Shown here: piece by piece, positions 1-10,694 of the stretch
Layout of the letters: each line of letters starts with the position of its first letter
How positions within the stretch are numbered: the stretch's first letter is position 1
Source of the DNA: Thermoplasmatales archaeon SM1-50
GTDB taxonomy: Archaea; Thermoplasmatota; E2; DHVEG-1
Assembly (NCBI GenBank): GCA_001595945.1
Contig: LSSI01000089.1
Span: 453-64,452, forward strand
DNA: 64,000 nucleotides
Direction: 5' to 3'
Made by a program: the position numbers and the translations under genes
Notes under the pieces: model-generated
Told to the model about the DNA's origin: nothing
The model's database searches: none
Seen by the model: only the letters and a program-made list of their open reading frames with translations

Positions 1-42
1 TCTCAACAACTCCAATTTTCATAGGACATAACAACGGTAGCG

Positions 43-1074
43 TTACCGATAGTGTAATTTCAGATGGGGCATGTTAACCCCGGCTCCTTTTATGACAGAC
101 CCCACGCGCTTGACCGTAGCATCAGAGTGGTTCCGAAGGATCCCGATGCTCTCCTTTTCATCTTCATCCGAGACAATGATTGCGAATCCCATTCCCATGT
201 TAAAGATTTGATACATTTCATAATAATCGATATTTCCTTGATCTCTAAGGAAGGAAAAAATTGGTTGAGGCTTTAAGGGGTCATCCAGCATATATTGTAC
301 TTTTTCTTTTAATCGTGGGATATTCCAAAGTCCACTACCAGTGATATGAGCAAGACCATGAACATCGATTTTCTTGAAGAGCTCTAGGATTTCCTTGACA
401 TAGATTCTGGTAGGCGTTAGCATAATCTCCCCGATGGTCTTACCGCGGTACAATCCATCAGGAAAATGATCCATGTAGGAGAGCTCTGCTTCATTGATGA
501 CTCTCCGGGCAAGCGTGTAGCCGTTGGAGTGAATCCCGCTACTGCTTAATCCGATGATCACATCACCTAATTGAATCGTATTTCCAAGGATGACGCGGTT
601 TTTTTTCACATAGGCAAGGCAGGTTCCCGCAAGATCAAAGCCGTTGATAAGCTCAGGCAAGTCAGCGGTCTCACCGCCGACTATTGAGATATTTGCAAGT
701 CTGGCTCCTTTCTCCAATCCTCTTCCGATCTCCTTGGTAATTTTTGGGTTTGGGTCTTCCATGGCAAGGTAATCGACAAACGCAAGAGGTTCTGCACCGA
801 CGCATAAGGCGTCGTTAACGTTCATTGCGATACAGTCTATGCCGATGGTGTCATATTTTTTCAATGCTTCTGCTATTCTTACCTTGGTTCCGACACCATC
901 GGTGCAAAGGACCAAGGCGAAGTCGCCAAATTCGATGAGCCCTGCGTAATGTCCTCCCATGGGTTTGCCGATGGTGCCTTTCCGCTTCGTTAAGATGCTT
1001 GACAAGAGTTGTTTGATTGCTTCTTCCTTTTCTTCGATGTCAACACCACTGTTTTTATAGGTCATTTTCTTCAA
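43..1074 (-). CDS. purM: Phosphoribosylformylglycinamidine cyclo-ligase (AIR synthetase)
   Basis: 343 aa with PurM hallmarks (NSGVDIEEKEEAI..., GHYAGLIEFGD, LVLCTDGVGTK, GMGFAIIV). Divergent from thiL with a 60-80 bp spacer. Confidence 0.9.
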   Translation of the reverse strand: MKKMTYKNSGVDIEEKEEAIKQLLSSILTKRKGTIGKPMGGHYAGLIEFGDFALVLCTDGVGTKVRIAEALKKYDTIGIDCIAMNVNDALCVGAEPLAFVDYLAMEDPNPKITKEIGRGLEKGARLANISIVGGETADLPELINGFDLAGTCLAYVKKNRVILGNTIQLGDVIIGLSSSGIHSNGYTLARRVINEAELSYMDHFPDGLYRGKTIGEIMLTPTRIYVKEILELFKKIDVHGLAHITGSGLWNIPRLKEKVQYMLDDPLKPQPIFSFLRDQGNIDYYEMYQIFNMGMGFAIIVSDEDEKESIGILRNHSDATVKRVGSVIKGAGVNMPHLKLHYR

Positions 1075-1133
1075 GAAGTATCGCCTCTGATTTCCCTGTA
1101 TTGCGAAACTCTTTTGTTGTGATAAACTTTTTT

Positions 1134-2144
1134 ATGCTGATTGGGTTTGTCATAGTTGTGAAACGATTAGCGGACCTTGGAGAACGGGCAGCGATCCGAC
1201 AGATCAATTCAATTCTTACCAAAGAAAAAAAACATCATGGCATTGGTGATGATTGCGCCGCGATTGATATGGGAAATACATATTGGTTAGTCACCACCGA
1301 CATGATGTTCCAACGTACCCATATCCCAAAACAGATGAGCCCCTATCAGATGGGCTGGTTTCTAGTTGCCATGAATATTTCAGATATTGCGGCAAAAGGT
1401 GGAACCCCCCTTGGTGTCGTCTGTTCATTTGGTCTTCCAAAAAGCACAAAAGAATCGTTTCTGAAGGCTCTGACGAAGGGTGCAGATGCGTGTGCCGTGA
1501 AATATGGGACCACTATTGTCGGTGGCGATACAAAGGAGACAGTGGAGATAACCTTGTGTGGAACAACATTTGGCTTTGTTAAAAAATCGGAGTTTATGGC
1601 ACGAACTGGCGCGCAACTTGGTGATATCGTCGCGGTAACCGGAACTTTAGGCAAAGCCGGTGCTGGGTATTATGCATTGAATCGGAAGAAACAGGAAAAA
1701 AAACTGACCAACGCATTACTCAGACCTCTACCTCGACTTACAGAAGGCCGGTTGCTTGCGAAGCAGCAGTCTGTGACATCCTCAATGGACTTATCAGACG
1801 GGTTGTCTGCATCATTGTACCAGTTGCAAGAGGTAAATACTGTTGGGTTTGAAATCAAAAAAACTGCTCTCCCGCTTGATCCTAGGTTGCTTCACATCTT
1901 TAGCAACAAGAATGAAGCTGATCTATATGATGTAGCTCTGCATTTTGGAGGAGATTACGAACTGCTTGTAACAATACAAAAGAATAGATTTGAGAACACA
2001 AGAAAAACTCTACAAAAAAAGGATACTGCTCTGACTGCGATAGGGAGGGTTACAAGGAAAAAGGATATCGTTCTGCTTGATAAAGGCAAAAGAAGCCTGT
2101 TAGAAAACAAAGGCTATGAACATTTCAGAAAGCATCGTTTTTAA
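1134..2144 (+). CDS. thiL: Thiamine-monophosphate kinase (PurM-fold)
   Basis: GIGDDCAAID, DLSDGL, GGDYELL and KGYEHF align to E. coli ThiL motifs. The ORF track start at 1017 overlaps purM, so a later start at ATG 1134 or GTG 1158 is more likely. Confidence 0.8.
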   Translation: MLIGFVIVVKRLADLGERAAIRQINSILTKEKKHHGIGDDCAAIDMGNTYWLVTTDMMFQRTHIPKQMSPYQMGWFLVAMNISDIAAKGGTPLGVVCSFGLPKSTKESFLKALTKGADACAVKYGTTIVGGDTKETVEITLCGTTFGFVKKSEFMARTGAQLGDIVAVTGTLGKAGAGYYALNRKKQEKKLTNALLRPLPRLTEGRLLAKQQSVTSSMDLSDGLSASLYQLQEVNTVGFEIKKTALPLDPRLLHIFSNKNEADLYDVALHFGGDYELLVTIQKNRFENTRKTLQKKDTALTAIGRVTRKKDIVLLDKGKRSLLENKGYEHFRKHRF

Positions 2145-2216
2145 CACCGTAATCTGGTAAGGGCTGTTCAATAAAAGTTTTAAAGGAGATAAAAGAAACA
2201 TAGTATACTGAGAAAA

Positions 2217-3527
2217 ATGAGATTCAAATGGGTCATCGCTCTTACGATTATTGTTATTGCTATACTAGTTTTAGGTATGTTTTCAGGGTTTTTCGGTTCA
2301 AATTTTACTCTTACCACAACAACGGAGAAACCGATAGTGACCATCACCTATCCCTTGGACGGGGCAACGGTAGCCCAACTGGTGATGATCAGTGGGACAG
2401 CAAGTGATGCTAAAAAAACAACAGAGATCATAAGTGTCCAGGTAAAAATCGGCGAAAGCAATTGGGCGACTGCCACGGGAACAACACGCTGGAGTATTGA
2501 CTGGACCACGTATGATTTTCCAAACGGGAATTACACGATATGCGCTCGATCCTATGATGGAAAAGATTACTCAGAAATTCACTCGATAACAGTGAAATTA
2601 TATAACCCGAAGTCTGTCGACTCTGATTCTCACAAATGGGCGATGTTTATTGTAGCAGCAAACTTCCCTCAATCCAATGAAAGTAAATTAGGGAATGGTG
2701 GTCTCTCCCTTGCGGAGGACATTGCAGCATATTTTATCGAAAACAACCAGTATCCGACATCTCAGATGATGATTCTTTTTGATGACGGGTGGATTCGTAG
2801 TGACAATGGCTATGGCACAAAACAAAAAACACTGCAGGAACGAACTCATAAGTATGATATCACCTACGCGGCTGCGACCAAAGCCAACGTTCTAGCATCC
2901 CTTCAGTATCTCATTGATGCATCAAACAAATATGATGATAGTGAGGTGTTCATCTGGATCTTCAACCATGGCGTAGGGAATCAAAATAAAACATTCACAG
3001 GAGGAAAGATTCTAGAGAGAAGTGAAATATTCCTCTGGGATAACACGTTGACTGATAAAGAACTTGGGAGTCTGCTTGCTCCCTTGAAATCAAAGAAGGT
3101 CACTATTATCATTGATGCTTGCTATGCGGGTGGGTTTGCTGATCGAACTATTGCTAGCCTTCGCACCTCGCTGTTGTTACGCTCAGGTATTGCTGGTAAT
3201 GGACGTATAGTCATATCGGGTACTAGTAAATTCCGAGCAGGGTATGCAAGCACGATTCAAGGTCCAATATTTTCTCTGCTATGGTTTGAGGGTCTCTCCA
3301 CTGGGAAAGCAGATGGTTACAAGCCTGGTTTGTTAGACAGAGGCGTGCTTAGACAATTGAAATTTTTCCGAGACGGGAAGGTCTCGGTCGAGGAAGCTTT
3401 TTACTATGCTCGGGTGATGCTACGTACGGATGAAACTCTTCAGGAGTTCAGATCCATGCAGCCTCAGATAAATGATGGATATCCGTATCGTGGTCTTTTG
3501 AGGAACTGGGTCGAACTCATACTATAA
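2217..3527 (+). CDS. Membrane-anchored clan CD cysteine peptidase, legumain (C13)-like, with N-terminal Ig-like domain
   Basis: N-terminal TM helix and an Ig-like domain, then a His...Cys dyad context (IWIFNHGVGN ... KKVTIIIDACYAGGF) typical of legumain/caspase-fold enzymes. Confidence 0.6.
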   Translation: MRFKWVIALTIIVIAILVLGMFSGFFGSNFTLTTTTEKPIVTITYPLDGATVAQLVMISGTASDAKKTTEIISVQVKIGESNWATATGTTRWSIDWTTYDFPNGNYTICARSYDGKDYSEIHSITVKLYNPKSVDSDSHKWAMFIVAANFPQSNESKLGNGGLSLAEDIAAYFIENNQYPTSQMMILFDDGWIRSDNGYGTKQKTLQERTHKYDITYAAATKANVLASLQYLIDASNKYDDSEVFIWIFNHGVGNQNKTFTGGKILERSEIFLWDNTLTDKELGSLLAPLKSKKVTIIIDACYAGGFADRTIASLRTSLLLRSGIAGNGRIVISGTSKFRAGYASTIQGPIFSLLWFEGLSTGKADGYKPGLLDRGVLRQLKFFRDGKVSVEEAFYYARVMLRTDETLQEFRSMQPQINDGYPYRGLLRNWVELIL

Positions 3528-3564
3528 GAACATTAATAAAGTCTCAATCATTGAAAAATCTGCA

Positions 3565-4575
3565 ATGAAGAAAGAGGCGATGTTTTGGAAACCAATTAAA
3601 GATAATATTGTACAGTGTGTGCTCTGTCCCCATCATTGTATTATCGCTGCTGAGAAACAGGGGATTTGCGGTGTGCGGAAAAACGAGCATGGGAACCTGT
3701 ATAGTCTTATCTATCAAGCGTGTTCGTCAATAGCTACTGACCCTATTGAAAAAAAACCATTATATCATTTCTACCCGGGATCTCTGGTCCTTTCTTTAGG
3801 CTCGGTCGGGTGCACTTTCAGATGTGATCATTGTCAGAACTATCAGATTTCCATGGCACGTCCTAAGGAAATATCCTTGCGAGATGTTCCGGCGGAGAGC
3901 CTAAGCAAGCTTGCTTTAGAACATGGTTGTCATGGTGTTGCCTGGACGTATAACGAGCCTGCAATATGGCATGAGTACACACTTGAGGCTGCTAAATTGG
4001 TCAAGAAAGCTAATCTCTATACGGCATATATCACTAATGGGTATATTGAAGAGGAACCACTGAAAGAGATCGCCCCCTATCTGGATGCAATGAACGTCGA
4101 TGTTAAGGCATTTCATGAAGAGTTTTATAAAAAGATCTGTAAAGCAAGACTGACGCCGGTGCTCCAAACCTGCGAACGTGCGAAAAAACATAGGATTCAC
4201 CTGGAGCTTACCTACTTAGTGATCCCGGGTATGAACGATGATGTACTTGAAATCAAAAAGTTTTCCCAATGGGTCGAAGAAAAACTCGGTAAAGATACCC
4301 CCGTCCATTTCTCTCGATTCCATCCTGATTACAAGATGACAGGCATCAAGGAGACTCCACTCAGTACTCTTCATACTTGTCGTACAGTCGCAAAAAAGGC
4401 GGGTCTTCAGTTTGTCTATCTAGGGAATATCGCTCATGGCGATTATGACAACACCTACTGCCCTCGCTGTAAAAATCTCCTTATTGAGCGATATGGTTTT
4501 TCCTCAAATCTCAAGGGCATAACACAAGGAACATGTTCTCGCTGCAACGCTCCTATTCCGCTACGTATGAATTAA
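3565..4575 (+). CDS. Radical SAM enzyme, AmmeMemoRadiSam-system AmrS-like / PFL-activase-like
   Basis: N-terminal Cys cluster (CVLCPHHC), the DPIEKKPLYHFYPGS motif and a CTFRCDHCQN (C-x3-C-x2-C) radical SAM cluster. No AMMECR1 or Memo neighbours. Confidence 0.65.
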   Translation: MKKEAMFWKPIKDNIVQCVLCPHHCIIAAEKQGICGVRKNEHGNLYSLIYQACSSIATDPIEKKPLYHFYPGSLVLSLGSVGCTFRCDHCQNYQISMARPKEISLRDVPAESLSKLALEHGCHGVAWTYNEPAIWHEYTLEAAKLVKKANLYTAYITNGYIEEEPLKEIAPYLDAMNVDVKAFHEEFYKKICKARLTPVLQTCERAKKHRIHLELTYLVIPGMNDDVLEIKKFSQWVEEKLGKDTPVHFSRFHPDYKMTGIKETPLSTLHTCRTVAKKAGLQFVYLGNIAHGDYDNTYCPRCKNLLIERYGFSSNLKGITQGTCSRCNAPIPLRMN

Positions 4576-4704
4576 CCGATTTTTTCTCCTGTTTAATTAA
4601 AACCTATCTAAATATATATATTGAGGAAAAATTTAATAAAGGAGGAAACATACTTATTATTATAATTTATCATCTCTATATAATAAGATTGTACAGGTGG
4701 CCTC

Positions 4705-5475
4705 ATGATATCCTTAAAAAAGAACGATAAAATTATTATTATTGTCGCGGTAGTCATCCTTATTATCGCAGGTGTTGGTGTCGCGATGTACCAATCTCCG
4801 AAAACACCGCCTATTTTACCTTCGGACATCCTTGGTGAAAAAAGCTATGACGTCAACTGGACGGTACAAAATGGCTCTCTGAGTTCAATTTCAGAATTCG
4901 CAGGAAAGAAATCACCATATGAGGGTACCGTCATGATATCTGAAGGAAACATAAAGAGCATTACATTTAATCTTAGCTGGACCGACGACCGTATGACTCT
5001 CCTGAAGCGGATGGGGTTGGATAGCTTAACACTCGAGGTCACAACCCCTGATGGTATTGCTTCTATACAGACAGACACAAGTGCACGTATTACTGGAAAA
5101 GGAGCAATTACAATTACCCTGAACAAGGGAATTATCCCTCCTAAATCACCCATTAAAGCAGTTGATGAACAAGAAGCAAAAGCTAAATTGAAACAACAGC
5201 CATACTATGATGATTCCTGGACTGATAAAGATATTGCTATAGTAGTCAGTGTGAAAATCGGTGAAATTCGCTTGTTAAAACAACTACGTGATAAAGGAAA
5301 CAGCTTCGAGTTAATGATTACGTATGATTACTACGAGGCTGTTCTCTCTGAGGATAAAACAAAAGGCACTGGTGGAGAATTTACCCAACCACCAGATGAG
5401 GATCATTGGACTGATCTGGAAAAACCTCCGTATATCTCTATGATTATCAGCACTGGTTGCGGTAGGTATGTTTAG
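4705..5475 (+). CDS. Hypothetical membrane-anchored exported protein
   Basis: N-terminal TM segment (IIIIVAVVILIIAGVGV) followed by a hydrophilic Ser/Thr-rich region. No recognisable catalytic motif. Confidence 0.4.
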   Translation: MISLKKNDKIIIIVAVVILIIAGVGVAMYQSPKTPPILPSDILGEKSYDVNWTVQNGSLSSISEFAGKKSPYEGTVMISEGNIKSITFNLSWTDDRMTLLKRMGLDSLTLEVTTPDGIASIQTDTSARITGKGAITITLNKGIIPPKSPIKAVDEQEAKAKLKQQPYYDDSWTDKDIAIVVSVKIGEIRLLKQLRDKGNSFELMITYDYYEAVLSEDKTKGTGGEFTQPPDEDHWTDLEKPPYISMIISTGCGRYV

Positions 5476-5744
5476 ACCATTTTATACAGATCATTGCCTC
5501 CTACCAAAAAAATTTCTGTAGATTATTCTAGTAAAACAGATGTGATAATTAACGTCGGTTTCATCATTTTTTTATTATAGAAAATTCTCTTCATACCTTG
5601 ATGTTGTTGATGGTCGTAAGTGCTATCAAATACATATCCTAAGAATGTTCCATGAATTGTAAATATATGATATATTGCTTCTCTCATATATAAAAAACGT
5701 TAACGAGATGCTATTCTACATTGTAATCAGAGTAGAGAACGATA

Positions 5745-6791
5745 TTAATATTTGAATCGAAGTAGTGCAGCTACGCCCCCGATTCCCTCAAATTTTTTTC
5801 CCGTTTCATGCATCGTATTGATAATAATAAACGTGCAATTTGTCTTTCGTGCAAGATCAAGTAAGTGTTCCCCGTTTTTACTTCGAACCATAACATCTGT
5901 AAGCAGTAGTTTTTCTGCAGCACCCCGTGATAAGGCGTCTTCTACTTCGTTTGTTCCATAGGTCACTAACCCATCTTTTTTAATTTCCTCGAATACTTTC
6001 TCAACAGCCTGGGTTTCTTTCGAAACACGGTTTTCCTTTGTGATTTGTTCAACGATTCCAATTTTAAGTGCTTCATAGACCCCATTCAATCCTGCGTTTG
6101 CAGTCGCATGGGTGATCGCATCCTTGAAAAGCAAAGGTTCTTTTTCCTTTCCTACCTTTATCAAATGATCACGTGCAAATCCTGGACCGATTATTACAAG
6201 GGGGGAATCGGTTTTTTTCACTGTTTTTATCACAGAAAAAATTTCACCATGATACTCCTTGGTTGTCTCTTTGCTCTCATACATCTTACCAGATCGATGT
6301 GCGTCAATCTCAGCAGCAATTTGCACGCCGCTTTGATAGAGGAGGGTAACGGTTGCAGCATCATCATCAAGGGATACGAACACCAACATTGGTTGGGTCC
6401 TTTGTTGTACTGCCTCATCTATCCTCTGAAGATGATGTGCTTTCCAATATTCTTTTACAATGGAGAGTGGCTGCATTTCCTCTGCGTCAACATTAAACGT
6501 GTGATACGAGCCAAGGTCTTGTGGTCCTTCCTTGATAATGCCTTGTATGCGAAGTCTGTTTGAAAACTCATGAAAGGCGACTTTTTCAACCAAGAGTCCT
6601 AACTTCATTTTTTTCTTCTCTGATTTCTTGGCTCGAATCTTATCTGCTTTTTCCCCATCTGCGGTACGAAACGTCACCGCACGAACCAAATCACCTTCCT
6701 CGATGATGTTATATAGATGCCAGATATCATCAAGATTCTCAGGGATGAGCTTGATTTCACCGCTCTTTGGATCTTTAAAGATAACTTTCAC
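5745..6791 (-). CDS. pelA: Pelota / Dom34 ribosome-rescue factor
   Basis: Strong alignment to archaeal Pelota (ENLDDIWHLYNII, NRLRIQGIIKEGP, IIGPGFARD, C-terminal GGVAALLRFKY). 348 aa. Confidence 0.9.
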   Translation of the reverse strand: MKVIFKDPKSGEIKLIPENLDDIWHLYNIIEEGDLVRAVTFRTADGEKADKIRAKKSEKKKMKLGLLVEKVAFHEFSNRLRIQGIIKEGPQDLGSYHTFNVDAEEMQPLSIVKEYWKAHHLQRIDEAVQQRTQPMLVFVSLDDDAATVTLLYQSGVQIAAEIDAHRSGKMYESKETTKEYHGEIFSVIKTVKKTDSPLVIIGPGFARDHLIKVGKEKEPLLFKDAITHATANAGLNGVYEALKIGIVEQITKENRVSKETQAVEKVFEEIKKDGLVTYGTNEVEDALSRGAAEKLLLTDVMVRSKNGEHLLDLARKTNCTFIIINTMHETGKKFEGIGGVAALLRFKY

Positions 6792-6801
6792 AGGTATTCA
6801 C

Positions 6802-8763
6802 CTATACTCCATCAAATCCAATGGTTTTTAGGAGAGTGCAATCCCCTGGTGGAAGTAATTTTTCTACTGTTTCTGTAGAGACATGGAATTGTTTTGCAAG
6901 TTTTTGTGCGATGGTACTTTTCTTTGTTGTACCTGGAATAAGGATGGCATAGCCTTTTATCGCTCGTTCTTCTACTGCTGTCGTTGGACCACCCATAAGC
7001 TTTTCTTGATTCTCGATAGTGATAAGGCCAACAGCAACCTCAAGTTTACTTCGATGATAATTACGTTTGCCTCTGATGATAAATGCGCCCTTTGGTACAA
7101 ACTCACCGCTCTCAGGTGTCTTGCTGACCTGCTCAGGGTGCACCCAATATGCGGAGGCTTCAGCAAACTGGTTCCATGCACGAGAATAGGATGCAGCAAA
7201 CACGCATGCCTCCTTTAGTGTTTTCTCAGAGATAAGGAGTTTCTTATCGTTTATATCTTTGCATTTTATGATGCAGCTTGGGGCACCATGGATGTCAGCG
7301 TGGGCATATCGGTCACCGTCTGAGAGGTATTTTTTAACTACGATATCGTTGCTTAGGGCGTCTCTTCCTGCAACAACGACGTTTCCCTCTGTAGATATGA
7401 ACCAGCGGAACCGCTCAAACCACCATTGCCTCTCATGTTTGATTTCTTTTTTCTTCTCTACAATCTCGATTTCCTTTATGGTTTGCAGCTTATGTTTTGT
7501 CTGCTCAACTGCTTGTTCCGCACCCTTCAATTTTTCCTGAATTTTTTTGCTTTCCTCGTATTTTTGATCTGCATTTTCAGAAACGCTTTTTCGGAAATCC
7601 AATGAAACATCGAGGGTTGTTTTTTTTCCATCGCTAATTACGACGACTAGTTCGTTGATAGTAGGGTCAAATTGTTTAACTATGGAATACTGTCGAATTT
7701 TGTTAATAGCATCATTTTTTTCTTTTTGTTTGAGTAAGTCCTCTATATCTAGTAGGATCTTCTCACAAGCTTGAAAGTTCATATACACAAGGTCCGCCTC
7801 AAGTTTCTTCTGGGCGATGGTTTTTTTGAATTCTTCGATTAATCCTTGTTGTTGAATTAGCTGTCGCTGAAGTTTTTCTATGGTTTTCTTATGTTTGATT
7901 TGATTTGGTTCTATGGTTTCTCTTGTAGATAGGAGCACTTCAAGGCCTTTGGATAAACTCGGAGTTGCTTGAGATGTACCATCTGTATAGCTTACAAACG
8001 GAAAGGGAAGAATATCAATGAGTGCGCTGTTCTTCTTTACAAACACCGGATAAAATTTCCTCTGTTTGAAAATAGATAGAAAATTCTGCAGTTCATCGTA
8101 GATTTTTTTACATGACTCTAAATCCAAGTCCGATGTTTTCGTTTTCTTACTAATCTTTGCACGAGCGCACAGCTCCTCCGCGTACAACCCACTTAAATTT
8201 ACAGAGGTCGCTAGAGTTCGTACGAGATCCTTTGAGCTTTTTGAGGTAATATCTTGGAATTCTTGCCATGTCAGATGAAACGGGTTTATCTGGGATGGTG
8301 GTGGGATATATTTCTCGCCGCTTTTAATTATTCGAGACGACCATTCCTGCTTGATTAGAGGACGGATGATGATTCCCTTCGGATTGAGGAGGATGATGTT
8401 TCCTTTCGAAAATAACTCACAGACCAGGGTATAATCTCCTTCCTTTTTTCCAACCTTGATTTTAATAATTCGATCAAACTCATGCTGGATGATCTCACTG
8501 ATTTTTCCATTGAGTAAATATTTTCGCAAGGTCATCGCAAAGAGCGATGGTTTCTCAGGTGTATCAAACGATTTTTGGGTACGACAAAAAAGTTCTCCGT
8601 TTCGTATATACATTGCTTCTTTTTGATTTGCTGTTTTTTGCTGTATTCTCAAGAGAATCTCGTCGCGAGAAAGCTGATATATTTTTTCCATATAACATCC
8701 AATCAGATCTTGAAGCTCTGAGACAATGACATAGATGTCAAATGACGCAAGTCCTCGTTGCAT
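6802..8763 (-). CDS. rqcH: NFACT-family ribosome quality control protein (RqcH/NEMF/FbpA homologue)
   Basis: 653 aa. N-terminal FbpA/NFACT-N region, central coiled coil, and NFACT-R/DUF814 signature (GRDALSNDIVVKKYLSDGDRYAHADIHGAPSCIIK). Ends 10 nt upstream of pelota on the same strand. Confidence 0.8.
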   Translation of the reverse strand: MQRGLASFDIYVIVSELQDLIGCYMEKIYQLSRDEILLRIQQKTANQKEAMYIRNGELFCRTQKSFDTPEKPSLFAMTLRKYLLNGKISEIIQHEFDRIIKIKVGKKEGDYTLVCELFSKGNIILLNPKGIIIRPLIKQEWSSRIIKSGEKYIPPPSQINPFHLTWQEFQDITSKSSKDLVRTLATSVNLSGLYAEELCARAKISKKTKTSDLDLESCKKIYDELQNFLSIFKQRKFYPVFVKKNSALIDILPFPFVSYTDGTSQATPSLSKGLEVLLSTRETIEPNQIKHKKTIEKLQRQLIQQQGLIEEFKKTIAQKKLEADLVYMNFQACEKILLDIEDLLKQKEKNDAINKIRQYSIVKQFDPTINELVVVISDGKKTTLDVSLDFRKSVSENADQKYEESKKIQEKLKGAEQAVEQTKHKLQTIKEIEIVEKKKEIKHERQWWFERFRWFISTEGNVVVAGRDALSNDIVVKKYLSDGDRYAHADIHGAPSCIIKCKDINDKKLLISEKTLKEACVFAASYSRAWNQFAEASAYWVHPEQVSKTPESGEFVPKGAFIIRGKRNYHRSKLEVAVGLITIENQEKLMGGPTTAVEERAIKGYAILIPGTTKKSTIAQKLAKQFHVSTETVEKLLPPGDCTLLKTIGFDGV

Positions 8764-9019
8764 GAGTTACGAAACATTATCTATTTCAATCTTAAAAAAG
8801 AATGGGATAGAACCAGACGGGATAAATTCAGTGCTACATATGTTTTTATATGCTTTGTTCTGATTTCTTTGAATCATTATTTATCATTTGACCATTTGAA
8901 TCTTCTAGGGCTGTTGATGAATCGGATTTCTCTCCAGTCTGATGATTTTCTACCAACTTGATTGAAGACAACAACAGTTATCTGATGTTTCCTTAACTAG
9001 AATTTGTCGAATTACCATT

Positions 9020-10019
9020 TATAGGGGCCCTCTATATCAGTGGAGACTAATTTTCCGTCATAGTAAAACTTTGCTCGCTTAATACAGTTTGTCGCATAGT
9101 CAACTTCAGTCCAGATCCAGATGTCATCAATGACCGTTGTTTTATACTCGCCGATTTCACGTTTTTTTCATTTCATTCTTGTAAAGGAAACCAACACCTG
9201 GTGAAGTAATTCTTATCTGTGGAAGTGGATCAAGAAAATCAGCAAGATATGTGAGTGTTGCTGCAATGATGCGGTCGTGTTGACCAGGTAACTTATGTTG
9301 ACATTGCTGAGATTTTCTTGTGTTGTGTGAAAGTTCGGGTCGACAGTTCCTTTCCAGGAGCAGATTGTTTCTCAGCCGTAAGTAAGAAACGCTGCGTAAT
9401 TGCTGCCGGACATTTTGTGCTCTGCTCTATCGATTTCACGACAGCTTATACTTAATCCGATTGAGTAATTTGTATTAATACTCTCAAAAATATCTGCTAC
9501 CCATCCAACATCCTCTGTTGCAGTAATAGTCATCCTTCGACTTCCTTCGTCGTATCCAATCATATCTGCGTTGATTTCGACAAGAATACGTTCATTCCGT
9601 TCATATGCTTCTTTTGAATAAGAGCGACTACCAAAAAGGTCAATCTCTTCTCCTGAAAAGGTCACAAATTTAACGAAACGATGAAAGTCAAAGTGGTTTA
9701 ATGCATAGGCTGCTGCAAGTACAGCAGCAGTAATTCATCCATCAGCGTTTGCCCCCGGGCTTCGTGAGACTGGATTATAATGGGCGTTAAAGATGATTGA
9801 TGAAGTGTCATTTGTGTTTGTTCCAGTTAATGTCGCTTCAATGTTTTGGCTTGTGTAGAGATGAGGATAGTAGCGATTTTCCCATCCAGTCTAGTTTTAA
9901 TATAGTGTGAGTAACTACATGCTTGTGAATTGTTGAAAGATGTATTCTGCTGCTTACTCACATCTGTAGGATCCAGTCATACGTGGTCCAAAACCAACGA
10001 TGATTTGAAGATATTTCAT
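9020..10019 (-). pseudogene. Decayed M28-family aminopeptidase pseudogene
   Basis: The minus-strand translation is homologous along its length to the intact M28 gene at 15871..17169 (VGFGPRMTGSYRC vs LRFGPRYTGSINC; FVTFSGEEIDLFGS vs FITFSGEEVGTYGS; C-terminal IKRAKFYYDGKLVSTDIEGPYKW vs IKYVIFCIDGYFMVWDSEPPYEW). It carries several stops and frameshifts, and the zinc-site motif GADDDGSG has decayed to GANADG followed by a stop. Confidence 0.6.
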
Positions 10020-10289
10020 TAAAAGTTTTTCATGGATTATGGATAGGATCTGAGCGATTTTTTGATCGGTGCTTGTCTTTTCATTCTGATTGTTATTTAT
10101 AGAGCTGTTTATATTGGGTTGTATTGGAAGAGAAATCGATGATACTGAGATTCTAAGTGAAATTACTATTAGAAAAACAATGTCTAATCGGAGGTTAATC
10201 CCTAAGTATTTCTTTATTATATCTTATTTTATCATAAATTTCATAAAAAAGATTATTATATAGTTTTGCTTAAAGAAATTAAATTTTTT

Positions 10290-10694
10290 TTATATTCTTT
10301 TCATTGGAGGTTTTTTTGCTATTCTTTTAACGGTTTGTACTAGTGTGTTGATGTCAAATGGTTTGGTGATGTATTCGGCGATATATGAGTAGATTTCATT
10401 GAATTCTTCCCCTTGGATGCGTTTTGCTGTAAGGACGATGACGGTGTTTTGTTGGATAAAACCATCAACCGTCATTTTTTTTATGGTTTCGATACCATTC
10501 AGTACTGGCATCATTAGGTCCAGAAGGATAATCCCTTGAAATCCTTTTTCGAGTTGAATAAGGCAATGTCTTCCGTTATAGGCATTTGTGACCTTGAACC
10601 CTTCTCTTTCAAAGAGCATCTTTAAACTAAAGACGATATCAGGGTCGTCGTCGACGATCATAATATTGTTTTGGTGATATCGCTCCTCATTCAT
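10290..10694 (-). CDS. Single-domain response regulator (CheY-like receiver)
   Basis: IMIVDDDPDIV...LLDLMMP...VIVLTAK receiver motifs. 134 aa, no output domain. Confidence 0.75.
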   Translation of the reverse strand: MNEERYHQNNIMIVDDDPDIVFSLKMLFEREGFKVTNAYNGRHCLIQLEKGFQGIILLDLMMPVLNGIETIKKMTVDGFIQQNTVIVLTAKRIQGEEFNEIYSYIAEYITKPFDINTLVQTVKRIAKKPPMKRI

